A stretch of 63,607 bases of DNA, counting the filler, from Octopus bimaculoides (Eukaryota), in the NCBI RefSeq assembly GCF_001194135.2. It is 5 parts of 4 records of this genome, joined end to end, with 100 filler letters (N's around TTAATTAATTAA, not from the genome) between each part and the next. Parts side by side here need not be neighbours in the genome. Positions count along the whole stretch, not along the records: positions 1 to 30,081 come from NC_068981.1; 4 more parts are not named here. One strand, given 5' to 3'. Every line of letters starts with the position of its first letter. Within the stretch, counting starts at the first letter, position 1. The notes beneath the pieces were generated by a model. The model searched no databases. It saw nothing but the letters and a program-made list of their open reading frames with translations, and was not told the origin of the DNA. This document shows positions 1 through 14,101 of this stretch, piece after piece. The translations under genes and the position numbers were made by a program.

Positions 1-1574
1 GAGTGAAGGGGTGTGTGTGTGCGTGTGTATGTGTGTGAGACAGAGTGAGAGAGCGGTGTGTATGTAGTATTTACTCTCTCTCTTATACACACGAACACAC
101 ACACTCACACGCAAAATAGAGAGTGAAGTTTTTTGCCCTTGTTACGTCAATGCCGGAAGTTGACATTGAGGAACCTTTTTAAAGAAGTGAATCTTAAATA
201 TAAAGCAATATTATTTATTTTTAATTAAAAAAAATCAAATGAAGAGCCTAAGATTTATCCGAGGTAAAATTATTCACGCATCACAAGTATGGAAGCATTT
301 GGTGAAGTCGATTTCACGTGAAAAGCGATTACACACACATCTCTGTTTTATATATAGTATAGATAAGAATTTATACCGGTGTAATTAAGCATTTACCTAA
401 CATATACCTGTATGTGATATGATCTTTGAGTGTTGATTTTGTGTGTATGTATTAGCGGATAATTATGTGCGCGATTGTGTATAACAACGCCATCTATTGA
501 GTGTTCTTGGACACTTTTTTCATCAACTATCCAGAGCAGCTTCTTGGGAGATGGTTTTAGAATGTTGAATAACGTCTCGTACACACACGCACACACACGC
601 ATATGTATGTATATATANNNNNNNNNNAATATATATATGCATATATACATACGTATATGTACATACATCTATAAGTATATATATTTGCATATGTGGGCAG
701 AGGACGTCATGAAACGTGTACAGCAAAAAAGTACGGAGCATGAATTCATGGGATGCATATATATATATACCTATAGATGTAGGTTTCTGCATATACGTAT
801 GTATATATGCATGTATATATATAGATACATATATATATTTTATATTATTATATGATTGAACGCCACGCATCCTCCTCCAAGTAAGTTTTATCTACCTATG
901 TATGTATGTATGTATGTACTTATTTTATCGACCTCGTAAAGATAAAAAAGCAAAGTCGACCGGTGGAATTTGAACTCAGAACGTAAAACCGGAAGAAATA
1001 CTGGTAAGCATTTAACCAGTGTGTTAATAAATCTACCAGTTCGCTGAATTTGTATTTTGTTAATTACAAACTATTTACGAAATTACAGCGTGGAGGACAC
1101 GTTTTAGCCATTCAAAAATGCACAGTAATTGTTAACTTTATTTAATTATTGTTCAGCGTCAAATCTTGCACCAGGGATCAGATCGCAGAGAGTGCGTCGA
1201 AAGTTTTGAGATCAAATCCTTTCTACTATAGGCACAAGGCCTGAAATTTGATGGGACGGGATAGTCGATTACATCGTCCTCAGTATTTGATTGGTACTTA
1301 GTTTAACGATCACAAAGGGACGAAATGCAATACCACCGAATCGACTTCGGTGGTATTTGAACTCAGAGCATAAGACAGATAAAATACTGCTAAGCAGTGC
1401 GGTAACGATTGCGCCAGTTCATTACCCTTTTTTACACCACATAATAAACAATTACGTCAAGTATGTGGCTAAAACGAATCTTTCACGTTGTAATTGCTTT
1501 TGGTTCAACGTACAGTCTTGGAGAAAATCACTGGCCGGACGAGTACAACTCGGAAATATCTGTTATCTGTTGTC

Positions 1575-2368
1575 TGATACTTGTTTCATTCATCTGACTG
1601 CGGCCATTCTGGAGCACCGACTTGATGGGTTTTAAACAAACAAATCAACCTCCGAGACTTATTGCTTTTTAAGTTTGGTACTTATTCTATCGGTCTCCTT
1701 TGCAAAAGCGTTAAGTGGAGGCGACGTAAACGTACCAACATCGGTTGTCAAGCGCTGGTGGGGTACAAATACTGACAACAACAACACGCACACACACGTG
1801 TACAATGTGCTTCTTTCAGTTTCACAAGCCTTTGGTTGACTCGAGGCTAGAGCAGAAGGCACTTGACCCAGGTGTCACGCAGTGGGACTGATCCCGCAGC
1901 CATGTAGCTACGAAGCAAACTTCTTTAGCACACAGTCACGCCTGCGCCTATATTTACTCTCTTTCTCTTTTACTCTTTTACTTGTTTCAGTCATTTGACT
2001 GAGGCCATTCTGGAGCTCCGCGTTTAGTCGAGCAAATCGACCCCGGGACTTATTCTTTGTATGCCTAGTACTTATTCTATTGATCTCTTTTGCCGAACCT
2101 CAAGTGACAGGGACATAAACACAACTGCATTGGTTATCAAGCAATGCTAGGGGGACAAACACAGACACAAACATGCATACGCACATATATATATATACAT
2201 ATATACAACAGGCTTCTTTCAGTTTCCGTCTGCCAAATCCACTCACAAGGCTTTGGTCGGCCCAAGGCTATAATAGAAGCCACTTGCCCAAGATGCCACG
2301 CAGTGAGACTGAACCCGGAACCATGTGGTTGGTAAGCAAGCTACTTACCACACAGCCACTCCTGCGCC
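1575..2368 (-). mobile_element. Two head-to-tail copies of the dominant tRNA-derived SINE (central microsatellite)
   Basis: tacttgtttcagtcatttgactg.ggccat.ctggagc...(ca)n(ta)n...gggcttctttcagtttccgtct...cacagccac. On the minus strand it begins with A-box tggctgtgtgg and B-box ggttcagtcc. Confidence 0.85.
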
Positions 2369-2787
2369 TTGTGCTTTAGCAAAAATAAAAATGTATGCGG
2401 CAGTTTGCCATAGGAAAGCATTCCGAGTCGTAGCTCCCACGTTTCACTGGTGCAAGCTACGTCACGACTTTGGCACTTGTACATATACACGTGGATAAGA
2501 TCCTGCGTGAAAGCTGTGCTGGAAGAGACGATTGTTGAATGCGGTTATTATTGCTTTCACTGTCGCTGTTTGTTATCATAGGTCATTGTGCGGTTAAGAA
2601 GTTTCATTTGTAAACATGTCTCTGATTCGATTCGATTCGACTGCGTGGCTCCTGGAGTAATTTCCTATATAATAACGTCTGCTTAATCAAAATCTTAGAA
2701 TTTGAAAGAGGAAGTCCGTTTTATGTATGTATGTATGTATGTATGTATGTATGTATGTATGTATGTATGTATGTATGTATCTATCTG

Positions 2788-2840
<53 letters not shown>

Positions 2841-4334
2841 TTGTCTATCTATCGAGCTATTTGTCTGTCTGTCGGTTTGCCTGTTAGTCTTTCTATCTGT
2901 CTGTCTAACTATCTCCCACCCCTTCCCTATTCTTCTCTTCTCCCCTTCACTGTTCCCTCTCTCTCTCTCTCTCTCTCACTCTTCCTCCTTGACTCTCTCA
3001 TCGCTGACACGTGACGAAAGGCGAGCTATCTTTCTTTCGTCCACTTCCTTCGTAATGACAAGTCGTGCTTTTACCTGTCTCTCCTCATAGCTCGTCTTTC
3101 TAGAGTTCATAATTTTTTACGTAGTCTTGGCTTAACAGCCCTCACCGTTTGTTTTTACTGTCTTGTTCTCACTGTCCTGTTTTCGTTACCACTTTCACCC
3201 TCCGCAAAAAATCCCAAATTTTATTTAATTTGCTTTGTGGGAAGGATTGTTTTAACGAAGTCGCGTATTGTTCTTACCTTCGAAACGCGGAGTAGATGAA
3301 ACAGGGACAACTGATGAAGGGAGTATTCTTTATGTTACATGTCTCGGTTCTCTGTTTGTTTTTTGCGTTGTTCGAAAAAAAGTTCGTTTTCTATGTTTTT
3401 GTTTTTAGGTTTTCGTTTCTGATTGTGTCCACGTTTTTTTTTGATGTCCTGCACACATATATGCATGTATATATACATATATATGTAGGTATGTACATAT
3501 ATGTATGTATATATGCATATATGTATGCATATATGCATATATTTATATATTATTTATTTAATATATTTGTATCTATATCTGTTGGGTGTTCATAAATTAT
3601 CGTTACAACTTACACAATTTATTGTATTGTAACGCGTATGTATGTTGCGTGCAATTAATGGATCCCAAGAGGAAGTGTTCTAATGTTTCAAGCAGAAGTT
3701 TATTTGTTTTATCAATGAACTCTGATGAGCTATGCTTATTTTTCATTTTATTCTGAATTTTTCAAATTGTATAGATAATTTATGGACAGCACACACGCAC
3801 ATAAATGTATATATATATTTATCTATCTACATTCAGACAGACGCACACACATATGTATGTATATATATATATATATATATATATNNNNNNNNNNNNNNNN
3901 NNNNNNNNNNNNNNNNNNNNNNNNNNNNNNNNNNNNNNNNNNNNNNNNNNNNNNNNNNNNNNNNNNNNNNNNNNNNNNNNNNNNNNNNNNNNNNNNNNNN
4001 NNNNNNNNNNNNNNGTTAAAGTGTCTCTATATGTGTGTAAGTGAGTGTCTTTCACCGATGTATAGTGGCAAGGGACATAAACGACGATGAGAAAACTGTA
4101 AAAAAAAAAAAATTCCCGGTGTTTTACGAACGATGACCCTTGAGATGTTTATTCTGCATAGAATTCCAGACGCTCTTGTTACTGTGACAATCATAAATGC
4201 AGTGAACCATTGATTGGCCAGCTGGAAACCTGTAACCAGCGTCGGTATTATTCACTAATTGCGGTATAAAGGCATATATACAATATACACGCTGGCATAC
4301 TTACATACACGAAAAATATAATTCAATATAATAC

Positions 4335-4366
<32 letters not shown>

Positions 4367-4605
4367 TACATATATATATGTATATACATATATACATATA
4401 TACACATATATGTATATATATATATACACACACACATGTATATATATAGATATATATACATATGTATGCATACATACGTTTATATATATACAGATATATA
4501 CGTATATATATATATATACACATCTATATATACATTCATATTCATACGTACATATATTTACATATATACATATATATACATACATATATATACTTTTATA
4601 TATAC

Positions 4606-4636
<31 letters not shown>

Positions 4637-5238
4637 TATATACCTATATATATACATACGTACATACACACACGCATACACACACGCATACACACACACA
4701 AACGCACAAACACAAACACACACGCATTTCTTTGATCGTGCAGACGTATGACGAATAGGCAGTCGGTTGAATAACTAAATGCAATTCGCAGATCTCTTGC
4801 TGCAGATATACAGATATATAATATATATGGCGTTTATTCTCTGTCTGGTTTTCTCTGTCATTGTGTTTACAAGTTTATTTGCATGCGGACTAATATGGGC
4901 CACATCATGTGGTGTATTTATAACCCATAACTAAAATATTGACATCAAACACTACATTTTTTATTATATGTATCTATTTAATAGACGAAAGTTAGTACTG
5001 AGTCGTTTTCAAACACCTCTTTTGATATATTTAAATGGTTAATGACTTTGACGGCGAAAAGTTGATATCATTATCACATTGTTCGTACAATATGGTTGCA
5101 AGATTTTGTTTTTTGCTGCTGAGTAGCATATTTTCTAGCTCTCACATGTACCAGCACATATGCTGCGCTCATCATATATATCTACACACACACACACAGA
5201 CACACACGCACACACACACATATATATATATATAAATT

Positions 5239-5337
5239 GACAGAATGAGATAAAAAATCCAAGGCAGTGAAAAGATTTCATAACAAATGTTATGAAATCT
5301 ATTTACTGCCTTGGATTTTTTTTTATCTCATTCTGTC
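5239..5337. repeat. Near-perfect ~100-nt palindrome inside a (TA)n tract
   Basis: gacagaatgagat(A6)tccaaggcagt-gaaa-agatttcataac [aaat] gttatgaaatct-attt-actgccttgga(T9)atctcattctgtc. Confidence 0.85.
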
Positions 5338-5897
5338 TATATATATACATGCTAATACATGACCCACGTTGGACTCCTCACTCGTGTTATTATCGAGCCC
5401 GGGGCTTAACCATGGTCTATCCATAGCACTTATATATACATATGAATATAAAAATATGAATATATACATATGAATATAAAAATATAGAAATATATGTACG
5501 TGTACGTATGTGTACGTATGTATATGTATAAGTGTGTATATGTGTATGTATTTGTATTTATAGGTTAACCTTATGAACTTTCTAAACTCTCTGACGAAGC
5601 CCAGAGACACACCCAAGTACCTAAATCTTATCTACCAAATTCTTCAGTTCACTGAAAGGGATATCAGTAGATTGGAGTACTTTAGCCTGTTGACTGAAAC
5701 AGCTGTAAGATTAATATGTGCGTATGTATGTATACATGCATGCATGTATGTATGTGTGTATATATGTGTGTATCTGTCGATCTATCTATCAATCAATGTA
5801 TATACTTGCACCTATATTAATTTAATACATGCACAACACAAAAGTCACATGATTTAAAAGAGAAACTATGAGCAGGATAATAAAAATATTGTCTAAA

Positions 5898-5989
<92 letters not shown>

Positions 5990-7581
5990 CTGTCTCTGTC
6001 TGTCTGCCTCTCTGTGTGTGTGTGTGTGCGTGTGCATATATATGTATGTGTATTTATTTATATATAGTNNNNNNNNNNNNNNNNNNNNNNNNNNNNNNNN
6101 NNNNNNNNNNNNNNNNNNNNNNNNNNNNNNNNNNNNNNNNNNNNNNNNNNNNNNNNNNNNNNNNNNNNNNNNNNNNNNNNNNNNNNNNNNNNNNNNNNNN
6201 NNNNNNNNNNNNNNNNNNNNNNNNNNNNNNNNNNNNNNNNNNNNNNNNNNNNNNNNNNNNNNNNNNNNNNNNNNNNNNNNNNNNNNNNNNNNNNNNNNNN
6301 NNNNNNNNNNNNNNNNNNNNNNNNNNNNNNNNNNNNNNNNNNNNCGGCTAGTTATGCCCCAATCGTTGTATGAACAGGATTGGGGATTATAAGTCGTGTA
6401 TTAGCGTGTGTATGTATAAATAGAGAAAATGATAAAGAGAACAATGGTAAAGTTAGAAATATATTTTATGGATACAGTCTTACAACTGTTTCAGGGAAGA
6501 TCCAATGCATCCCTTCATCGGAGACAGAAATAGTAGAGGAATCCATTATTATATCTATAAGCAGAGAGTTATAGTAGGAAGTGAGAGTGAGTGTGATGCG
6601 CTGAAAAAAGAAAGAAAGAACAGTACTTGGAGTGTAGCTTCATTCCAGTAGTAAGTATCCGTGTAAATAATCCTGGAAATGTTTGATAACTCAGTAAAAC
6701 AAACTAAGCGAAATAAATGAAAATATTTATATATACCCACAGAAATGCACTCTTGCAAAATGCGAGTGCATATAAATATTCACACATATATACGCATTGA
6801 ATTTTCCAGTCCACCTCAGCACGTGTGTATTTCGTCAGAATAGTACTATAGCAAGGTATAGATATATGCACACATACATACACGCACATGCCTACATTCA
6901 GACATACAAAAGTTTTGCAATTTGCTTGAAACATTGAAATATGTGTAAATGAGATAAATTGTTGAAAATGTCCTTTGAGCAATGCGGTTAAGGAGTTAAA
7001 GCAAGGTACGAAAGGCGGTGTCAATGAATGAAGACAAAGAGAAAAAGTATTATACTAGCTTACATAGAGTGTTTAATGAATATAATCAAAGAGTTAGGAG
7101 TAATTGTGTTGTTATCAGCAGGCCGATAAGACCATGATTCTCCAAGCTTTTTGATCTTTCTTTCTTCTATTTGGAAAGGGGAATTTTTTACCGAAATATC
7201 ATGGGATCGTAAAGAAAATCAATGAAAGGTAAAACAATTTACTTTTTCTTTATTCTCATTCATTGGAATCACCTTACATATTTTGCGTCTAGCTTCTCAC
7301 CTGCATAGCTCAAAGTGCTTTTCAAACATTTATATCTGACACAGGCACAGGCGCGCAGACACTTACACACATGCGCGCGCGTGTGCACACATACAGACAA
7401 GCATACTCTCACACTTCCCCACACACATACACAAACATACAAACACACACACATATATATATGTTTGAATGCGATGATATGTATAAAGCAACACAAATAA
7501 CACACATATATATATATACATATATATATCTACCTATCTATGTATCTGTCTGTCTGTCTCTTTATATATATCTATATATAA

Positions 7582-7663
<82 letters not shown>

Positions 7664-8641
7664 GTGTGTTTGTATGTATATATGTATGTATGTANNNNNN
7701 NNNNNNNNNNNNNNNNNNNNNNNNNNNNNNNNNNNNNNNNNNNNNNNNNNNNNNNNNNNNNNNNNNNNNNNNNNNNNNNNNNNNNNNNNNNNNNNNNNNN
7801 NNNNNNNNNNNNNNNNNNNNNNNNNNNNNNNNNNNNNNNNNNNNNNNNNNNNNNNNNNNNNNNNNNNNNNNNNNNNNNNNNNNNNNNNNNNNNNNNNNNN
7901 NNNNNNNNNNNNNNNNNNNNNNNNNNNNNNNNNNNNNNNNNNNNNNNNNNNNNNNNNNNNNNNNNNNNNNNNNNNNNNNNNNNNNNNNNNNNNNNNNNTT
8001 GCCATCGTTAGTGTTGTTACAGCTGTTGTTTTTCCTAGAACGCCTGAAAATCTGTATTTCTTTGATTATTTCTTTTTTTTTACTCAAATGTTTCTTTTTT
8101 TTATTGCCGTCTTCATGATTGGTAGGTGTATGTTCACAAAACACTCCACTCTGTACTTTTAGTATCAATGCGTTATTATTATTTTTTTCTTTCTTCCTTA
8201 ATATCGAATCAAATAACCTCCAATACAGAACCACATCAACAGTGTCAACAAAGGCTATGATTTCTGCAATAACAATCAATTCATAAGAAAAAGGTGCTGA
8301 CTGTTAGCCACAATATCTGATAGGAAATCATTGAACACAGTTTTTACAGAACAATGTGATCAGCGACCCCAACCTAACGTTATAGACATAGAAGCACAAT
8401 CATCTCCCTTTCCCTTTTACCTCTTCTTTCGCTCGTTCGATCTCTCTGTCTCTTTGTCCCTCTCTCTGTTTCTCTCTCTCTCTCTCACCCTATAACTCTC
8501 TCGCATACATCTAAAGATAAAAATAGTGATACTGAAATAATTGTATGCATAATTATATACAGTGGCATATGTATTGCTTGCGCATGTGTATATATTTGTG
8601 CTTCTATATGCACGGAAATATGTATATAATCATGCGCAGGC

Positions 8642-8678
<37 letters not shown>

Positions 8679-8944
8679 TATATATTTATTTATATTTATA
8701 TATATATGTATGTATATGTTAGTATGTGCTGAGTTGCTGAGTGTATATATCTGTACGTTCTCTAGCGATATAGTACTTGTTCAGTTTCATATATGTATGT
8801 ATATATATATATATATATATATATTTATTAATAGGTTTGTATCTTAGATATAAAGTAAAATACATCTTGAAACGTTTTAAATATGGCTCACCTATTTACT
8901 GAGTTATGTATTCATGTATATACATATATATTTTACATACAGAC

Positions 8945-8995
<51 letters not shown>

Positions 8996-9428
8996 CATTA
9001 TCGTTGGATTTAAGAAGGAATGGTCAGGGAGTCTTCTTTTTTTGTCGGTGTTAGTATTAATCTTCAGTAACTCTTATCTAATTAATAACAGTAACAAGAA
9101 CAAAATCGAAAGAGAGACCTATACGTGCAGTTTGACTTGCTACAACTAGCAGCCAAATTTGCCTCACGTGCTATCATCTTAAAGCATGGAAGAATATATT
9201 TAAAAAGTAGTTTTAAAATAGCAATGCTGTAAACAAGACCAGAAGGGCCTGACTCGCCCAGGAGTATACAGTAATAACACCGAACAGCCTCGAATTGTAC
9301 TAAATGAAGTACAACGTGGTTATAGGTGCTGTTAAAAGTAGCCACCAAGTCTTCTTCAAATCACTTCCTACCATTACAAAAAAGTACGAAAGACAGTATT
9401 AGATAACGTAGTCTTTTATCCTCTAGTT

Positions 9429-9685
9429 CAGTGATTTCCAACCTTTTTTCCGGTGCCCCACTTTTTAATAAGAAATTTTCCGGTGCACCACTTTTTAATA
9501 ACAGATTTTCGAATGTCTCACTTTTTAATAACAAAAATTCTGGTGCCCACCAACATTGTTTTCTTTAAATATAGAAACACTATTTTTAATTCAATTATCT
9601 GGCTGACGGATACCTCAACTCATTTTGTGAGGACCCTGTGCCTGGTGCATACGGCACAGATCCTTGATTTGAGAAAACAATTTCG
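9429..9685. mobile_element. hAT-like MITE with three internal ~30-bp tandem repeats
   Basis: cagtgatttccaacc ... gatttgagaaaac ends; (ccggtgc..cacttttaataa...)x3. Confidence 0.45.
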
Positions 9686-10104
9686 TTAACTTCAGCCGTT
9701 AATCATCATGTTTTGTAATTTCAAGCTGGTTTCTCTTGACTTCCTGCAAATTGTCAACTGCACTGAATCTGCATTCGACCAAATAAGACGAAGGAACATG
9801 AATCGATAATTGTCTTGGACAATAGATATTGAAACAGAGAAACAAACGCCTAACAAATGCAGATACCTCACTTGGTATGCTGATTGGTCGTAGCTACCTC
9901 GATTCCCATGGTTTTACGTATAAATATTGCATGGTGATGTTTTTTTTTCCATTTCAATGTCCAAAGATAAGCTTAGGGTCAACAAGTGTGCACTGAAGTC
10001 ACTTGCAAAAATTTTCACAGCCCACGCTAACGCATACCTCACTCCAATTTTCCCACACCCCACCAGTAGCGTATACGTCCCACGTTGGGAAACACTGCCT
10101 AGAT

Positions 10105-10525
10105 ATTTCTTTTCTTTTAGTTGTTTCAGTGATTTGACTGTGGCCATACTGGAGTACCACCTCGATGGGTTTAAGTCGAACCACTTGATTTAATACTAAT
10201 ACTGGTTTCAAATTTTTGCATAAAGCAAAACGCAATACTTACGCTTTTTAATGTTAAGTACTTACTTTGTAGCTCTCTTTTGTCGAACTGCGGGGATACA
10301 AATAAACTAACACTGGCTATGAAGCAGCAGGAACAAACGCAAGTGCAAACACACAAAAACACACACACATACGACAGGTTTCCGTACAGTTTCCGTACAG
10401 TTTCAGTTTGATAATTTTCCTCACAAGACTGTAGCAGAAGGCGCTGTAGGTACCCAAGGTGCCGTGTTGTGGGGCTGAACTGGAAAACATGTGGCTGGAA
10501 AGCAACCTGCTTAGCCACACAGACA
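10105..10525 (-). mobile_element. Dominant tRNA-derived SINE copy
   Basis: Same family motifs, degenerate. Confidence 0.75.
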
Positions 10526-11006
10526 TGAATACGATAGAAACCAAAATCAGAAACAAAGCAACGCTTTTGATCACAGGTCTACTCTAAGAAGACTTACCTG
10601 GAGTTAAACAAAAGAACAATACATACTTCTTTAATCAATTACAAGACAAACGCAGTTATCGTCTCCGAGGAATTGCTTCACGAAAGAGTTTACTATCCAA
10701 ACAGACATTTCATTTTGAAGAAATTCGTATCTCAAGAGAATTTCAAGATCAAATTTCAATATCGTCTGTCATTAGAAGAATTATTAGAATACATTCAGAT
10801 ACCACATGCAAAAGTCTAAAGTTTCTGGTTGGTTATTTTATTACTGAGTCTTGTATAAATTTCCAGTACATCCTTAACAGAACTGAAAGCGTTTCCCCAC
10901 TTATTATTGTAGTATATATGCAGCCTATAAGTGTAGGTTATTTAAGTCTCAATATAGGATTATTATTGTTATCATTAACAATAATAATAATAATAGTAAT
11001 AATATA

Positions 11007-11262
11007 TATAGAAAGGATTGAGGTAACTCCTCGTGAAGATATAGAGTCAAAATTAAAAGAAGAGTGCCATTTGCTATCTCGTGAACAATATTTCGACATC
11101 TTGCGTGTCTTCCACTGGTTCAAAAAATAAATTTGTCAATCTACTTCATTTTTGTTTATATAGAAAGGATTGAGGTAACTCCTCCTGAAGATATAGAGTC
11201 AAAATTAAAAGAAGAGTGCCATTTGCTATCTCGTGAACAATATTTCGACATCTTGCGTGTCT
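11007..11262 (+). repeat. 151-bp-period direct duplication ending at a gap
   Basis: atatagaaaggattgaggtaactcctc[g/c]tgaag...gacatcttgcgtgtct at 11007 and 11158; one substitution. Confidence 0.85.
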
Positions 11263-11730
11263 NNNNNNNNNNNNNNNNNNNNNNNNNNNNNNNNNNNNNN
11301 NNNNNNNNNNNNNNNNNNNNNNNNNNNNNNNNNNNNNNNNNNNNNNNNNNNNNNNNNNNNNNNNNNNNNNNNNNNNNNNNNNNNNNNNNNNNNNNNNNNN
11401 NNNNNNNNNNNNNNNNNNNNNNNNNNNNNNNNNNNNNNNNNNNNNNNNNNNNNNNNNNNNNNNNNNNNNNNNNNNNNNNNNNNNNNNNNNNNNNNNNNNN
11501 NNNNNNNNNNNNNNNNNNNNNNNNNNNNNNNNNNNNNNNNNNNNNNNNNNNNNNNNNNNNNNNNNNNNNNNNNNNNNNNNNNNNNNNNNNNNNNNNNNNN
11601 NNNNNNNNNNNNNNNNNNNNNNNNNNNNNNNNNNNNNNNNNNNNNNNNNNNNNNNNNNNNNNNNNNNNNNNNNNNNNNNNNNNNNNNNNNNNNNNNNNNN
11701 NNNNNNNNNNNNNNNNNNNNNNNNNNNNNN

Positions 11731-11826
<96 letters not shown>

Positions 11827-11860
11827 CAATAATAATAAGAAAAATAACAATAATAATAGT
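11731..11860 (+). repeat. (AAT)n microsatellite, representative of dozens of SSR tracts in the window
   Basis: Directly visible. Others include (CTAT)n 5901-5975, (GA)n 16462-16549 and 28980-29081, (CA)n 16975-17035, (TATG)n 29218-29280 and (TAG)n 56966-57025. Confidence 0.95.
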
Positions 11861-13342
11861 AGGAGAAGAGTTGGTGAGCACATACACTAGTAAGGATAGA
11901 AGAAGAGCATATAAAAAGAATTGTAATAAGGATGGAGCGGCGGCTGGGAAGTTTGCTACCTAGGAACAACTCAATATAGATTAGATGAATAAGAGGAAAG
12001 GAACGGGTAATATAGTACAGTACAACACAAACAATTGTTAGATCTCCAAATACAATGTAAGTACATGACTCAACCAGATTAAGGGTAGATATGAAATTAA
12101 AGTATGAACTGAGAATAAAATAAAAAAACTGAGCATTTAGTAGGAAGAGATGAGGTTCAAGCCTTAGTATAAAACCCATAGAAGGGAATGATAATAGCAA
12201 AGAATGATAATATATCGAAACATTACTGAACATTTTAGTAAAGGAGCTTGTAAAGATTCATAGGAGGATTGATGTCTGGACAGATCTCCCTTAGCCAAAT
12301 AAGGAGACCCAATAATAATGTAAAATGGAATAATAGAAATGAAAAAATAGTCTACACATCGGGGATAATTGATAGTCATTAAAANNNNNNNNNNNNNNNN
12401 NNNNNNNNNNNNNNNNNNNNNNNNNNNNNNNNNNNNNNNNNNNNNNNNNNNNNNNNNNNNNNNNNNNNNNNNNNNNNNNNNNNNNNNNNNNNNNNNNNNN
12501 NNNNNNNNNNNNNNNNNNNNNNNNNNNNNNNNNNNNNNNNNNNNNNNNNNNNNNNNNNNNNNNNNNNNNNNNNNNNNNNNNNNNNNNNNNNNNNNNNNNN
12601 NNNNNNNNNNNNNNNNNNNNNNNNNNNNNNNNNNNNNNNNNNNNNNNNNNNNNNNNNNNNNNNNNNNNNNNNNNNNNNNNNNNNNNNNNNNNNNNNNNNN
12701 NNNNNNNNNNNNNNNNNNNNNNNNNNNNNNNNNNNNNNNNNNNNNNNNNNNNNNNNNNNNNNNNNNNNNNNNNNNNNNNNNNNNNNNNNNNNNNNNNNNN
12801 NNNNNNNNNNNNNNNNNNNNNNNNNNNNNNNNNNNNNNNNNNNNNNNNNNNNNNNNNNNNNNNNNNNNNNNNNNNNNNNNNNNNNNNNNNNNNNNNNNNN
12901 NNNNNNNNNNNNNNNNNNNNNNNNNNNNNNNNNNNNNNNNNNNNNNNNNNNNNNNNNNNNNNNNNNNNNNNNNNNNNNNNNNNNNNNNNNNNNNNNNNNN
13001 NNNNNNNNNNNNNNNNNNNNNNNNNNNNNNNNNNNNNNNNNNNNNNNNNNNNNNNNNNNNNNNNNNNNNNNNNNNNNNNNNNNNNNNNNNNNNNNNNNNN
13101 NNNNNNNNNNNNNNNNNNNNNNNNNNNNNNNNNNNNNNNNNNNNNNNNNNNNNNNNNNNNNNNNNNNNNNNNNNNNNNNNNNNNNNNNNNNNNNNNNNNN
13201 NNNNNNNNNNNNNNNNNNNNNNNNNNNNNNNNNNNNNNNNNNNNNNNNNNNNNNNNNNNNNNNNNNNNNNNNNNNNNNNNNNNNNNNNNNNNNNNNNNNN
13301 NNNNNNNNNNNNNNNNNNNNNNNNNNNNNNNNNNNNNNNNNN

Positions 13343-13394
<52 letters not shown>

Positions 13395-14059
13395 ATATAT
13401 ATATTTGCGTGTGTGTGTGTGTGTGTGTGTATGCGCATGTGTGTATGCATATCGTCAGTAGTTGATATATCCGAAAAAGAAGCACATTCTAAAACAGAGC
13501 AATATTGTATTTAGAAGCTTGTTATGGCCGGTCAGAGAGGAGCATTGGATTCGCACCAATAAAGCGCTTAGGCGCTTATATAGGCGACTTGCCAGACTCA
13601 AGTATATATATATATATTTATATATATATATTTATATATATATATATATATATATGGTTCAAAGTTGTAAAGAAAAAACAAAAGACAGAGACTGGTGAAG
13701 AAACAACAAGCAAGTTGTATTAGTTTGACGCTCAAGGAAAATGGTAATCTTTAACGTTTCGAGCCTACCCTCTTCTACANNNNNNNNNNNNNNNNNNNNN
13801 NNNNNNNNNNNNNNNNNNNNNNNNNNNNNNNNNNNNNNNNNNNNNNNNNNNNNNNNNNNNNNNNNNNNNNNNNNNNNNNNNNNNNNNNNNNNNNNNNNNN
13901 NNNNNNNNNNNNNNNNNNNNNNNNNNNNNNNNNNNNNNNNNNNNNNNNNNNNNNNNNNNNNNNNNNNNNNNNNNNNNNNNNNNNNNNNNNNNNNNNNNNN
14001 NNNNNNNNNNNNNNNNNNNNNNNNNNNNNNNNNNNNNNNNNNNNNNNNNNNNNNNNNNN

Positions 14060-14101
<42 letters not shown>

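Noticed and set aside
3720-3770. CTGATGAG as a hammerhead core or C/D snoRNA box
   Set aside because: No GAAA partner, and the C-to-D distance is too short. Similar TGATGA hits at 19645 and 22188 also lack D boxes or terminal stems.
10590-10625. Minus-strand polypyrimidine-CAG|GTAAGT resembling a recursive splice site
   Set aside because: No minus-strand host gene is established, and such motifs arise by chance.
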